Assembly (NCBI RefSeq): GCF_009914755.1
Contig: NC_060934.1
DNA from: the human T2T-CHM13v2.0 reference genome, Homo sapiens
Length of the DNA stretch: 64,000 nt
Strand: one strand, 5' to 3'
Shown here: positions 1-13,665 of the stretch, one piece after another
How the letters are laid out: each line of letters begins with the position of its first letter
How positions within the stretch are numbered: the first letter of the stretch is position 1
Made by a program: the position numbers and the translations under genes
The notes under the pieces: generated by a model
Databases searched by the model: none
What the model saw: the letters and a program-made list of their open reading frames with translations, nothing else
What the model was told of the DNA's origin: nothing

Positions 1-1066
1 GAATAAAAGGATAGTCTTTGAAATCCCTCAGTGTTACAGGCCCTCAAGCTCTTCAGCTTCCAGAGACTTTTTCCTGATTCCAAATTCTCTGTGATCCAGG
101 GAGCCCAGGCATTTTTAGGCTACACTCTTTATGGGGACAGAAAAGACAGGATTGGTGAGGTAGTTCAGGGCCACTAAAGAGATGTGAGATGATAGGGTAG
201 CAACATCAGAGGTTCAGACTACTTCAAAGGCTAGGATGGTAGTGTGAGCAGCTTAGGTGAGTTGTTTCAGTACATCTATTCTTTGTGGAAGGATGGTGGA
301 AAGATAAGAAGGGTAGCTGATCATGGCTAGTTTCTCCGTTTTCTACCCCAAGAGTAAAAGGAGAATGGAAGACATTGATATATTAGGCTGAATTGTAGCA
401 GGATTTGGCCATCATCTTAGCTAAACTATACAGAAATCTTAAAGCTTTTTGGAATTACCGTATCACAAGCTTAATTTTTAATACAATCATTTCTGTAGCT
501 AATGAAAAACATTCACAGTTTGTTTTTGGCTTAGCCACTGGGGAATTTCTCAGCATGTGTACGCATTGGTCAGGTAGCAACAAACCTGCTGACACTGAGT
601 GATGTCCACACTAAAGGCATGTATCTTCAGTTAACTCTTGTTCAAGAACCAGCTGTTTCATCTCATGATTTAGTTGTGACTCTGATGTCAGGCTTTGATT
701 TTAGATAAAAAAAACTATCTAGACATCTATGAAGCTTTTCTTTGGCATCTTTGGCTTTTGCTTTTGATGTCTTCTATAGGACTTTTAGTCACAAAAAGAA
801 TTCACTTGAAAAACTACTTTTACCAAGATGAAGGATGACTTTATGAATGTTTTCTTCTGGGAATATTTGAATCTTTAATAAATGTACAGGGACAAAGAAA
901 TCTAGTTGAATAAATAGAATTTCAAACTCATGCAAGTTCATAAATTCATGGCATATATAACCCAACAGCTGCTCTGATAACCTGTGAAGCTCACTTTATG
1001 TTGCTGTTGTTTTCTTGGAAGGGTGGAGGAATTACTAAGGGAAAAGAAAATTTGTTAAACACTTAC

Positions 1067-3446
1067 TATATTAGTCTGTTCTCATGCTGCTACTAAAGAC
1101 ATATCCAAGACTGGGTAATTGATAAAGGAAAGAGGTTTAATGGACTCAGTTTCACATGACTGAGGAGGCCTCACAATCATGGTAGAAGGCAAAGGAGGAG
1201 AAAAGGCACATCTTACATGGTGGCAGGCAAGAGTCGTGTGCAGGGGAACTGCCCTTTATAAAACCAACAGATTTCATGATACTTATTTACTATCATGAGA
1301 ACAGCACAGGAAAACTCACTGCCATAGTTCAATTACCTCCCACTGGGTCCCTCTCACAACACGTGGGGATTATGGGAGCTACATTTCAACATGAGATTTG
1401 GGTGGGGACACAGCCAAACCATATCATTCCTCCCTTGGCCCCTCCCAAATCTCATGTCCTCACATTTCAAGACCAATCATGCTTTCCCAACAGTCCCCCA
1501 AAGTCTTAACTCATTTCAACATTTACTCAAAAGTCCACAGTCCAAAAGTCTTATCTGAGACAAGGCAAGTCCCTTCTGCCTATGAGCCTGTAAAATCAAA
1601 AGCAAGTTAGTTACTTCCTAGATACAGTGGGGTTACACACATTGGGTAAATACACCTGTTCCAAATGGGAGAAATTGGCCAAAATGAAGGGGCTACAGAC
1701 CCCATGCAAGTCTGAAATTTAGTGGTGCAGTCAAATTTTAAAACTCCAAAATGATCTCCTTTGACTCCATGTCTGAAGTCCAGGTCACACTGATGCAAGT
1801 GATAGGTTCCCATGGTCTTGGGCAACTCTGCCCCTGTGATTTTGCAGGATACAGCCCCCTTCCTGGCTGCTTTCATGGGCTGGCATTGAATACCTACAGC
1901 TTTTACAGGCACACAGTACAAGCTGTTGATGGATCTACCATTCTTGGGGCTGGAGGACAGTGGCCTTCTCCTCACAGCTCCACTAGGCACTGCCCCAGTG
2001 GGTACACTGTGTGGGGGCTCCCACCCCATATTTCCATTCCACACTGCCCTAACAGAGTTTCTCCATGAAGGCTCCACCCCTGCAGCACACCTCTGCCTGG
2101 ACATTCCAGCATTTCCATAAAGCCTCTGAAATCTAGATGGAGGTTCCCAAACCTCAGTTCTTGAATTCTGTGCTCCCACAGACCCAACACCATGTGTAAG
2201 CTGCCAAGGCTTGGGGCTTGCACCCTCTGAAGCAACGGTCTGAGCTGTATGTTGGCCACTTTTAGCCACAACTGAGACACAGGACACCAAGTCCCAAGAC
2301 TGCACAAACAGCAAGGCCCTGGGCCCAGCCCATGACACCATTTTTTCCTCCTAGGCCTCTGGGCCTGTGATGGGAGGGGCTGACTTGAAGACCTCTGACA
2401 TGCCCTGGAGACATTTTCCCCATTGTCTTGGCATTACTATTTGGCTCCTCATTATTTATGCAAATTTCTGCATCAGGCTTGAATTTCTCCCCAGAAAATG
2501 GGTTTTTCTTTTCTATCACATCATCAGGCTGCAAATTCTCTGAGCTTTTATGCTCTGCTTCCCTTTTGAATATAAGTTTCAATTCCAAGCCATATCTTCA
2601 TGAATGAATGAAATTAAATGCTTTTGAGAGCACCCAAGTCACATCTTGAATGCTTTGGTGCTTAGAAATTTTTTCCACCAGATACCTTAAATCTTCTCTC
2701 TCAAGTTCAAAGTTCCACAGATCCTAGGGCAGGGGCAAAATGCCAGCAGTCTCCTTGCATAGCAAGAGTGACCTTTACTTCAGTTCCCAACAAGTTCCTC
2801 ATTTTCATCTGAGACACCTCAGCCTGAACTTTATTGTCCATATCACTATCAGCATTTTGGTCAAAGCCATTCAACAAGTCTCTAGGAAGTTCCAAACTTT
2901 CCCACATCTTCCTGTCTTCTGAGCTCTCCAAGTCTCTGGGAAGTTCACAACTTTCCCACATTTTCCTATCTTCCTCTGAGCCCTCCAAAGTGTTCCAACC
3001 TCTGCCTGTTACCCAGTTCCAAAGTTGCTTCCTCATTTTTGGGTATCTTTACAGCAGCACCTCATTCTATTGGTACAAATTTACTGTATTAGTCCATTTT
3101 CATACTGCTATGAAGAAATACCCAAGACTAAGTAATTTAGAAAGGAAAGAGGTTTAATGAACTCACAGTTCCACATGGCTGGGGAGGCCTTACAATCATG
3201 GTGGAAGGCAAAGAAGGAGGAAAGACGTGTCTTATATGATGGCAGGCAAGAGCACATGTGCAGGAAAACTGCCTTTTATAAAATTATCAGCTCTTGTGAG
3301 AGTTACTCACTACCATGAGAACAGCATGGGAAAATTCCTCCCCATGATTCAATTACCTCCCACTGGGTCCCTCCCACAACATGTGGAGATTATAGGAGCT
3401 ACAGTTCAACCTGAGATTTGGGTGGGGCCACAGCCAAACCATATCA
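1067..3446 (-). mobile_element. Full-length THE1 (ERVL-MaLR) element: LTR 1067-1426, internal 1427-3084, LTR 3085-3446
   Basis: Two ~360-bp direct repeats (t[a/g]tattagtc...cagccaaaccatatca), the reverse complement of the THE1 LTR consensus, flank a ~1.66-kb THE1-int. 5-bp TSD CTTAC at 1062-1066 and 3447-3451. Confidence 0.95.
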
Positions 3447-3449
3447 CTT

Positions 3450-4075
3450 ACTAAGTTCTAGCATTGGTCTAGGGGATTTACATAATTTATCTCAATTATT
3501 ATTCATGGCAGCTTTTGGAGGGAGGAGGTAGCTTTGCTTGCTTTAGAGAGGAAAAATATTGGGGTCTAGGGAAGTAAAATAACTTGTTAAATTAACAGAG
3601 CCTGGAGGCGAAAGAGCTGAGACTTGAAACTAGATGTGTTTTATATCTTTGTTTGTTCATTTGCTCCATCATTCCTCACTGACTTACTATGTGCCAGAAA
3701 GTGGGGACATGGCAGTGCATGAGAAAGCAAGATTTTGCCCTTATGAACTTTACATTGTAGTGAGGAGGACAGACAATATCAGTCTTCACAGATATTGTCT
3801 TCACAGTCAGGTTATGTAAGACCTTATAAGCTAATGTAAGGAGTTTGCATTTTGTTCTGAGTATGATGGGAAATCAGAATGTTTTCAGCCAAGAGAGGTA
3901 CCGTCTGGCTTCCATTTTCAAAAGATACACTATACCTGTTTTGTGAGTGGTTGACTCTTGGGAGACAAAAGACGAGCAGGGGAAGTTGTTGGAAGGCAAC
4001 TGCCATGAAAGTGAGAGATGACAGTAGCATGGACTAGGTTGGTGCTGAGGAAGTGGTAAGAAGTGGTGAGATTCA
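3450..4075 (-). mobile_element. Old MIR and L2 fragments
   Basis: MIR-like (ttatctcaatt...gagctgagacttgaaactag) and L2-like (ttactatgtgccag...aaggagtttgcattttgttctgag...gttttcagc) degenerate motifs; boundaries approximate. Confidence 0.6.
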
Positions 4076-5125
4076 TAATAGATCATCTCTTCAAGATTGT
4101 GCTCCTTTTATTATTTTCTTTTAGGCAGGGCAGAGCTTTTTCAACCCACTTTGGACTTTCTCTTTTTGTGGCTTATACTTCTCTATCCTCAGACCTAGTG
4201 GGAGAGATCAAAGTAGATGACCAACCAGTCCCAGGCAGGGGATAGGGACTTTATCCCTGGTGAGGATAAGGCAATTCAGGGCTCAAACATATCATGGTGT
4301 TTTCATAAATTGTCTTTTTGTTATCCTTCATTGGATTGTTAATTGCTGCACCCTTGACTTGAGACTTTATGTAATAATATTTTTTAAACGTGTGTTGTTT
4401 ATATAATTTTAGCTTCCAAAAATGTTTTAAGGCCTAGACATATCAGCCTTTATTTGCACTGTGATTTCAAAATAGACCAAGATAGTTCTGAGATTAGAAC
4501 TTTCCCGGCACCAGGGAATCTGAACTAGTCATTGTTGGCCTGAGAATGAAATGTGCTCATTAACAAAGAAAATTGGAAACTGGGTGGCATTTTTCCATTA
4601 GTGCTTTGCTTTCTGATGCATTAATGAACTTTGCTACTGCTCTAGAAACTATTAATAATTCTCCCCTTGAAAATACTACTCCTATAAACCTCCCCAAATA
4701 CTATACTACTGACCTTCCATCAATAAGGCATGAGATTTAAAAACTTTTAAAATTGTTTGGACAGTGCTGCTGATGGATAATATATTAATCAAAGTTATTT
4801 TTGTTCTGAGTTACAGAAACCAACCTGCACTGATCTAAACAACAACAATAACAACAAAATATGCAATTTGTTGTACAAGTGTTTTATGTAACTAAGAGGA
4901 TCAAGTTGCTGGTGGTTGTTGGGTACCACTGGAATCAGGAATTAGAAAACCACTGGGAACTCAGGAAGTTTTTCCCCTTCCTTTTCTCATCATGCCTTTC
5001 TTGCTGAAGGTCTGCCAGGTTCTCAGCAATGGGATCAAGCTAAGTGAATCAGGCTTCTGGGAGAGCAGGGCTTTGTCTGTGGCCACATTACTACAGCCTT
5101 TCCCTCCATGAGAAATAAGTACTTT

Positions 5126-5215
5126 GCATGATCAATGGTCCCATTTGCCTGGGATTGTCCTGCTTTAGTAATGGAAGTCCTGCATCCTGGGTGACTGGGA
5201 AGGTTGGCCACCCTA
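5126..5215 (-). mobile_element. MER81-like hAT MITE
   Basis: ggtcccatttgcctgggattgtcctgctttagtaatggaagtcctgcatcctggg...ggttggccacccta matches the recalled MER81 pattern ending ggttggtcacccta. Confidence 0.65.
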
Positions 5216-6719
5216 CATGATGCAGTATTGTCTGTGGAGGGGGCATAATGCGGATGTTGGGAGTGCAGCTTCAAGTTCAAAGGAAGTGAGAACAGAAAAG
5301 ACCCAAATTCGGTCTAAAAAATACTTCACAGCTGTTCTTGTAGCTTTGTCTAGTTTGAATTCAAGATAATTTAGCCAGTGATGTTAGGAACATATAGACA
5401 TAACCTACATCTTCTAAAAGGCAGCTATTCTGGACATATTTTCACCATTATTATGTCATCTGCACTGCAACAGGTATAGTGCCCCACCAAACAAGAGGGA
5501 ACTAATTTTGGACCAAGACAACTAATATTTCCTACACTTTAGTAATGGCAAATCTTTTGCAGCACTATTTGATTTTTGTCACAGTTCCTCTCTGTTCAGA
5601 TGTAATAGAAAGGGTAAACCCTGTACAATGATTAGTGATTCCTCATCCTTTTTCCTCCTTCATGATCTTAGAGCAAATAATCTAACTATTATCAACCTCA
5701 GTTTCCTTATTGTCAAGTGGAAAAGGAGAAAGATGAGACCAGATGGCTCTTGGTCTCTGACTTCCTAGATCTACAGCTTCTTGTGGCCACAGACTATCCT
5801 CTCATGCTTACTGTCGTAAGGCTCTCCTTCTTTTCACTCTTAGTGTTATAAATTTAAATTCTGTGAGCTTTTCCAGATGATAGAGCTGGAAATTATTCTT
5901 ATGAGACCCCATAACCATAGGGACTGATGAGACATTACCCTCTTGCTTGTTTCCTGCATTGGCTTGTACAACATCAGGAAATACCCTGAAAGACAAAACC
6001 TTATATTGATCATGGTCTTCCTTTGGTCTCTCCTCTACACCACCCATCTGAAGGCATAGATCGAGCATGCCACACCTTCTTCTATTTGATCACAGCCATC
6101 GCAAGCTGCACGTCGTTGCAAAAGTCCTTAAATTCACAATCTAATCATTATCTCTAGGCTGAATAAATGATAGGTCTCACATTAGTACAGAAGGTACCAC
6201 TGTTTTTCAAATGTATGTTTAAGTTAATTGGACAGTGTGAATACTTGTACATGTTATGCATTAAGTCTTAGGCAATTGTACATCTATTATTACATTTAAT
6301 TTGATTTATCTCATTTACAAAGTTTTAAAATCTTGGCTCTAGGCTTTGTTGGGCAGCTCATTGTCATTCTCTGAGTAACATCATGAGCTTCCCGTAACTG
6401 CATGCCTCTGCATGTTATTCTCTCTTCTGGAATGCTTTTCACTTAGATTTTCCTTGGAAAACTCCTTCTCATCTTTCGATACATATCTAAAATGTCACTT
6501 TCCTTGAGTAGTTTTTCTCTTTTTTGAATTTCAAAGATAACATGTTTTTCTCATCTTGGCTTCTAGAACAAACTATGCACCAACAGGGTAAATAATCATA
6601 CCCTTATATGAGTTTACATGTTAGACTTCCCTTTTGGCTGGTGATGGGGTACACAGCAGGGCTTGGAAAATAAATTCAGTAACATTTACAGAGCAGCCAC
6701 TCTGCCACACACTGTTCTG

Positions 6720-7140
6720 TGGCCTTATCTTTCTGGAGTCTTCCCAAACCAGAGGTTGAAACAAGGACTTGGGTACAGAAAATTTATCTGAGTTGATCCC
6801 AAGAAGTACAAGTAAAGAAAGTCAGTCAGGAAAGGTGCATTAATTACTAGATTACTACTTCTGGCACCAGGGGCTCAGTCCCCCTGGGGACCCTCTGAGA
6901 ACATATCTGTTCAACATGCCTCAAAATTTCCCCACTGGATGACAAGGAGGCTGTGGCATGAATCCAATGGTTTTGGCTGAGGGTTATCCCCAGGAATGTG
7001 GTACCGCCTCCCTTCCTGGAAGTACCTGTTCCTATGGTGCCAGAGAAAGTCCTTAGAAACAGAATCTGACACTTGGGACAGGATTCTCAGCATGCAGGAA
7101 AGTATCCGATACAGCCATAGGTAAAGTTCAGGTAGGCTGT
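6720..7140 (-). mobile_element. Old ERVL-class solo LTR (LTR16/LTR41-like)
   Basis: aaacaaggacttgggtacagaaaatttatctgagttgatcccaagaag and gggctcagtcccctggggaccctctgag are characteristic of this LTR group. Confidence 0.55.
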
Positions 7141-7149
7141 AGGTGAGGC

Positions 7150-7416
<267 letters not shown>

Positions 7417-7844
7417 GCCTGTTACGGGTCTGTTATATAGTACATATGCAATAATATTCCATAAATGGATACTTGTAGAAGTTATTGCTTATTCCTTTAA
7501 AAAGTTGTTATTGGATGATTGTCTTTTAAAAATACATATAAATATACAAAATAAAATGAAAATAACCCATAATCCTAACACCTAGGTAAACCATTTTAAA
7601 ATGTACATAGTAGAAGCAATCAAAAAAGTATTAAAAGTAAAAAATAATAAATAAAATTTTTGTCCTCCCATCCCTGGTCCCATTTCTTTCTCTTCCAGAG
7701 ATAAGTACTGTACTATCAAGAGCTGTCTGAGTATCCATCCAGAAACAAAACTTATCTATATAGCAGTATATGATTGGTATATTCTTTCTATTTGACCAGA
7801 AAGGATCATCTTCTGCACACATGATGCACTCTGCTTGACTCTCC

Positions 7845-8215
7845 TTTCATATCTGCCAACAAGGCTCATCTCCCAGAGAATTGCATGGTTCAGTCCCTCA
7901 CCCTCAAGTCTCTGCTCAAACATCACCTCCGCATAGAGACTTTCCCTATCTAATACCAACCCGTCACTCTATTTCTTTACTCTCATTTGTCTCACTACTC
8001 TCTTCCATTAAATATATTGTGTGTATATAAATATATATATGTATTTATATGTGTGTGTGTATATATATAGTATATTTATTTGTCCTCCCCTGTGAGAATG
8101 TTAGCTCTAAGAGTACAAAGGTTTTGCTAGGTTGGGCTGTATCCCCAGCACACAGGACATTGCCTGACAGGTAGTAGGTATTTAATAAATATTTGTTCAT
8201 TAAATGAATGAAATA
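7845..8215 (+). mobile_element. L2 3' end
   Basis: tctctgctcaaacatcacctc...tagtaggtatttaataaatatttgttcattaaatgaatga is the L2 3' terminus. Confidence 0.75.
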
Positions 8216-10769
8216 ATTGATAATTAATTCCATACAAAGGAACCTTGTTTTTAGTGACTTTTAAAGTTAGGTTAAAGGCTAATTTCTTGTTCAATGGTGG
8301 AATTAGGAGCAACTTAATTTTCTTCTATAAGCAAGGGGGTCTTCAAACAGAGTCTACAGACTCTCCAGGTATAAAACCAAAGTTTTAATATAGTTTTATA
8401 TTCTCCCTAGTCTCATTAGGAAAGAAAACAGAGGACTCCAAAGCAGGAGAAAGTAAATAATTACAGGGTTTGGTGGCTGCTGAGGAGACTTGGAGAGAAC
8501 AACATTGTCTCAGCAGCCAGTGGGGCTGAGTCATTTCCGAAATAGGGGATGGGAAGCAGACCACAGTTTCAGCCATTGTTAGAGCAGTGTCCCCAACTAC
8601 AAATACAGCCTATTACCTGTGGCCATTCTAGAGAACCTGGGAGCCTGCTCTTTTATGGAGATCATTATGGGTTATCAGAGCCCCTATTATGGAGCAGCCA
8701 GGAATTCAGAAGCTAAGCTTTCCCTAACCAACTATCTTATCAATCTTTTAATGTATGTATCATTTCATAAGAAGACACTTCATTTGCATCAGTATTTAAA
8801 GACTACATTATAATTTAATTTCAACTGAATTTCATCTTTCTAAAGACTTGCAGGTTTTAACTAATTTAGGGAGTGGCCTATTGTTCAAAAGCAGATAGTC
8901 TTGTTATAAACTAGGCATTTGTTTAATGTGGCTCAGATTCCACAAAAGACCGTTTTTCCCAGGGACACTCAATGCAAGACTGTGTCATAATACGTTGGAT
9001 GGATGGACTTTTATTCATATAACCAGCTCCTTCTTAAAGAGCTTTCAGGTTGGATTTAGTTATTTTCCTAGCAATGCAATGCTTCAGTAAACATTCTTAT
9101 ACATAGATAGCTTGGCATAATTTTGTAGAAATCTCTGAAAGGAAATTTCTAGCAGTGGAATGACCAGATCCAAGAATTTGTCCTCCAACGTGCCTTCACT
9201 AATCTTAGATTCTTACCTGTAGCGTATCACAGTACCTGGTTCTCCATATCCTGAGTAGGATACAAGTGAAATATCTACATGTGTGTATACCAAGAGAGTT
9301 TTAGAATTATGTCTCCGTAATTGTGAATGAGGCTAAAATTGGTTAACATGTTGATTGTATTTATTTTCTTGTGAATTTCCTGTTCATATTTTTCATCTAC
9401 TATTTTTCTATTTAGTGTTTTCTTTTTGATGGGTATAGCAAGTGATTTTTAAAAATCAATCCCTCTAAAAACATACGGGAATGAGTACTTTTTAAAAACT
9501 TTATTCTCAAAAAGTAGTAGCAGTAGCAGCAGCAGCAGCAGCAACAGAAAATACTCTACAATTCAGGTCCCTCTTTCTTCTGGAAATTAGTTATTTTTCA
9601 GTTTCATTATAGTAACTTTTTTAAAGTTCAAAATCAGATGATAGTTGATGGGCAGAGTCATAAATATGGGTAAATATTTGTCAGTCTTAGTAGTAAGAAA
9701 TACCAACATTTAGTCTTAGTAGTAAGAAATATCAAAATGTATCCTTAATTTCATATTGTTGAAGAAATAATATTAACAGGAGTTAAAACCATTTTTGTTA
9801 CAAATTTTTCGAAACTATTTCAATTCATTTAACACTAATTAACTTACTTTTAGACTACTGAACTTTTTAAAAAGTAGTACTTACATTATCTCTACACTTT
9901 CCTTCTAATGCTTCAATTTAGATTTTTTTTTTACACTGGCACTAGGTATCCAAGGAAGTTCCTGGATTTTAAAGGACAATTAATCTCCAAAATATCCAAC
10001 ATGCTATGACACCAGACATGATTTGAATACTTACCAACTTCCTATCTCAGGTTGTTTTCACTATCTATAAATCTGTATGGCAGACCTAGGTTAATGAATT
10101 ATATATTATGGACTCTTCAGCTTAGACCAGGAACTATTAAATTGCTAGACTTTAATGCTCACATCAATCACCCAATTCTAAAATAAGAACTTTATTTTTC
10201 TTCTGACATAGTTAAGAGATAATTTAAAGGAATAATACATATTAGACTTTTCTCTTAAAGGAGTGCCCACATTGTTGAAATGCTGATGTTTTGAAAACAT
10301 TTTCTTAATATGGTAGCAGTTTGCTTAGGTGAAATTATCTGAGATAAGTATTCCAGAAAAGAGGCCAACTTTACAGGATCAATCAGACTCACAATATGTT
10401 TAAGCCATGAAAGTTAAATGAAAGTGTTTATAAAGCTAATATCTCAGTAGGTTACAAGTTATTATAGCAGAGTAATATATCTTTTGATTATTAGAAACTT
10501 TCATCATGAAATATTGAATTTTTGACTACACAGTCATTATTCTACATTAAAATGTAAGATGTTATCTCCCTGGAAGCATAAAGATCACCCAAAGAGTTTC
10601 TCATTGATCTGTGATTTATATTTGACACCGCTTATTTCACTTATATACTGATATACTTCATGATGAACAGCCTAATTTAATCTCTCATATGTGGTGGTGA
10701 TCACTGTTAAAATTTATTATTCATGACATGCAATAGCTGGGGTCATATGTGGCATTGCTATAATATAAG

Positions 10770-10985
10770 ATAATGTGCAGACACTCTTCTGAGCATTCCA
10801 CATGAATTATCTCATTTCAACCTCACAACAATCCTAGAAGGCAAGTACTGTTAAATCTAATTCCTGGGGGAAGAGTCTGAGGCACAGAGATATTTATTTA
10901 AAATGGCTATAGCCTTAGTAACTCAGACAAGTGGATGATAGAGCTGGCTGGCTAACTCGAGAATCCGTAACCTTCACTATGTAGT
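10770..10985 (-). mobile_element. MIR
   Basis: attatctcatttcaacctcacaacaatcctag...tctgaggcacagaga MIR core. Confidence 0.7.
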
Positions 10986-12509
10986 TCCTTCCTGTAGAAA
11001 CACCATCATGGCCAGCCTGCTGGTGTTTGCTATCCCACTAGTCTGCCACCTGCTGCTTTTCCCCACCCTCTCCTGTAAGGCCACAGATATCAAACACACA
11101 CACACGCATGCACGCACACACTAGAGGTAAAGAATTATAACAGTTTAGAGCACAACAGCCAAAATGTTCTATTGTCTCCTCTTCATGTTTAAAGCCTTTC
11201 TCACGTATTTGCAACATCATTCAGGCTTTTTTCTGAAAGGACATTTTCATTCCGTTCAACATGTATCTGCCTTTTATGACATCTGAAAAAGTCACCACTT
11301 TCTGAACTTTAAATTCCAGATTCTTTACACAGAGGAAACAGCCCTTCTCCTCTGCCAAGTAAAAGCAGTAGGTAAGAGTTGAAGCAGACACTTAGAAAAA
11401 ATTGAAAAATCTGAGAAAATTGTTTTGCCTCAATTTCAAGTCTTAAATCATAACTTCTTCTTTGAAATATAAAAATCTCACTGTGCAGGAAGAAAGAAAT
11501 TTAGTGTTATTTTACCGAAGCCAATCCATTGTCTACATATAACACGTTTCTGTCACTTGTAACATTCTGAAAGGATACAGTTGAATTTGGTGGCAAGAAT
11601 GTCTTAAAACTAAGCAGATGATAAGTACTATTATGTATGTTCAATTGGCTTTGTAAAGATGTTTAATTACTTTCTTCTTAGCTGTCATTTAATACTCAGG
11701 CTTTCCCATTCCTGACATTCATGACAATAGTAAAACACTAGAAGGTGAATTCAGAAATACACTGAGAGGAAAACAAGACTGAGGAAAACAAGACTGAGCC
11801 CTCTTCAAACCCATACAAAAAGACTGTGTTAGATTGGAGTTAGAACCAAAGCAAGATTAAACATCTAAGTTTCAGGGTACATAACACTAAATAGCATAGG
11901 ATTTTAAAGAATGATCTCTGTTTCTTAGAGCCTGTTTTGCTAAGGTAGAGGCTGTGACTAGAAAAAAAGGAACAGAAAATACTTGAATAGCCTTAACATC
12001 ATTCCAAATTGGCTTTACTGTAAGGGACCTCAGAGTTTATTGGTGGTGTGGCTGAAACGTGTCCTGCATTTGACTACGTTGTGTTCCATACTAAGGAAAC
12101 AAACAATAATAGCTAAAGTGATTGATACACACTATTGCGGATCAGTTTGCTTTGTAAGATGATCATGAATACTTACTTTGCAGTTCACAAATATCTCAAG
12201 CCCCTCAAAAGACAGTTTTTACCAGAGCAAATGGCTTCATGATCACAATAAATCCTTGGGAATCTTCATCATATTCTCACAACTTAAGTATAAGCAAAAT
12301 GCAGAGTGTGTAAAAGGTACACATTCATGACTTCAATAAACCTTAGTGCTCATTTAATTCAACATTTTCCTTTTACAAGGGAGGAAAAGACAATCCAGAC
12401 TGTGAGTGTTAAAACAGTATGTTTGTCATAAAGTGAGGGAGAAACCAGAAGCAGAAGCAAAACTCCCTGTGGACACTGGAGCTTCTGACTCTTGGGGTAA
12501 TGACCACAA

Positions 12510-12930
12510 CTTTGAGCCTGGCCCTATGTTCCGGCCCCCTCTGTCTCTCATCAGAGGCTCCTTTCACTCTTCTCTGGCCCTTTCCAGTTCCTCAAATGTA
12601 CTAGCCTCTTCCTATATCAGGGATTTCCAAACTGCTGCTGTCTCTGGCTGGGCTACTTTTCCCACCGATTTCCCCTAGTTAATACCTACTCAACCATCAG
12701 CTTTTACTAAACGCTTTATCACCTGCTCCAGCATGTTTTCCTGTCTCTTGCCTTCTCATCATGTTTTCATATTTACTTTTATTTGTTTACTAAATTAATA
12801 TTCACCATGCCCCCTGTGGACTGTCCTCTCAAGAAGGGTATTACCTATGAGCATTTTTCATTCCCATTCTGTCACCAGCATAGTGACTGATACACAGAAC
12901 ATGTTCAATATGTATTTTAAGTGAATGAAT
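12510..12930 (+). mobile_element. L2 3' fragment
   Basis: tctggccctttccagttcctcaaatg...gttcaatatgtattttaagtgaatgaatg. Confidence 0.65.
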
Positions 12931-13261
12931 GCTGTGGATGGATATATTATTTCCACTGAGGCGGGTTTGGTGAGGCTGAAGTTGTGGATAAGCTGAGTTA
13001 CTAAGAGGATGTAGAAAGAACAAACAAAAGGATTTTTGCTAGGAAGACAAACTTTTTGTATTTCCTGGTTTAGATCAATGTCCCTACTGATTGCCAGTTT
13101 AAATTCTGTGATAATTGGTTCCATCACAGATGGATCATTCCCCAGTTCTTTTATAAGGACACATATAACTTTAACCAACATAGGCACAAAAGTGCCAATA
13201 CAATAGACTATTGAAGCTGAAAGAGGCATTATAAAACTCCTGGTTAAATGCTCCATTTTAT

Positions 13262-13622
13262 TTTATTTTTAACTTTTATTTTAGGTTCAGGGGTACATGT
13301 GCAGGTTTATTATATATGTAAATTGTATATCACAGGGTTTTGGTGTACAGATTTTTTCATCATGCAGTTAATAGGCACCTGATAGGTAGTTTTTCAATCC
13401 TTTCCCTCCTCTCACCTTCCAGCTTCAAGTAGCCCCCAATGTCTGTTCTTACCTTCTTTGTGTTCATGTGTACTCAATGTTTTGCTCCCACTTATAAGTG
13501 AAAACATGTGACTTTTTTCTTCTGTGTTAGTTTGCTTAGGACAATGGCCTCCAACTCCATCCATGTTGCTGCAAAGGACATGATCTTATTCTTTTTATGG
13601 CTGTGTAGTATTCCATGGTGTG

Positions 13623-13665
<43 letters not shown>

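Noticed and set aside
1607-3157. Cluster of long ORFs (up to 244 aa) as a protein-coding gene
   Set aside because: Entirely inside THE1-int; overlapping ORFs in several frames are typical of this stop-poor repeat.
9513-9546. (AGT/AGC)n trinucleotide run as a coding polyQ or polyS tract
   Set aside because: Short, interrupted and not within any supported exon.
11320-11377. Possible 52-nt exon (ttccag|...tag|gtaaga)
   Set aside because: Weak polypyrimidine tract and no coding signature; such matches are common by chance.
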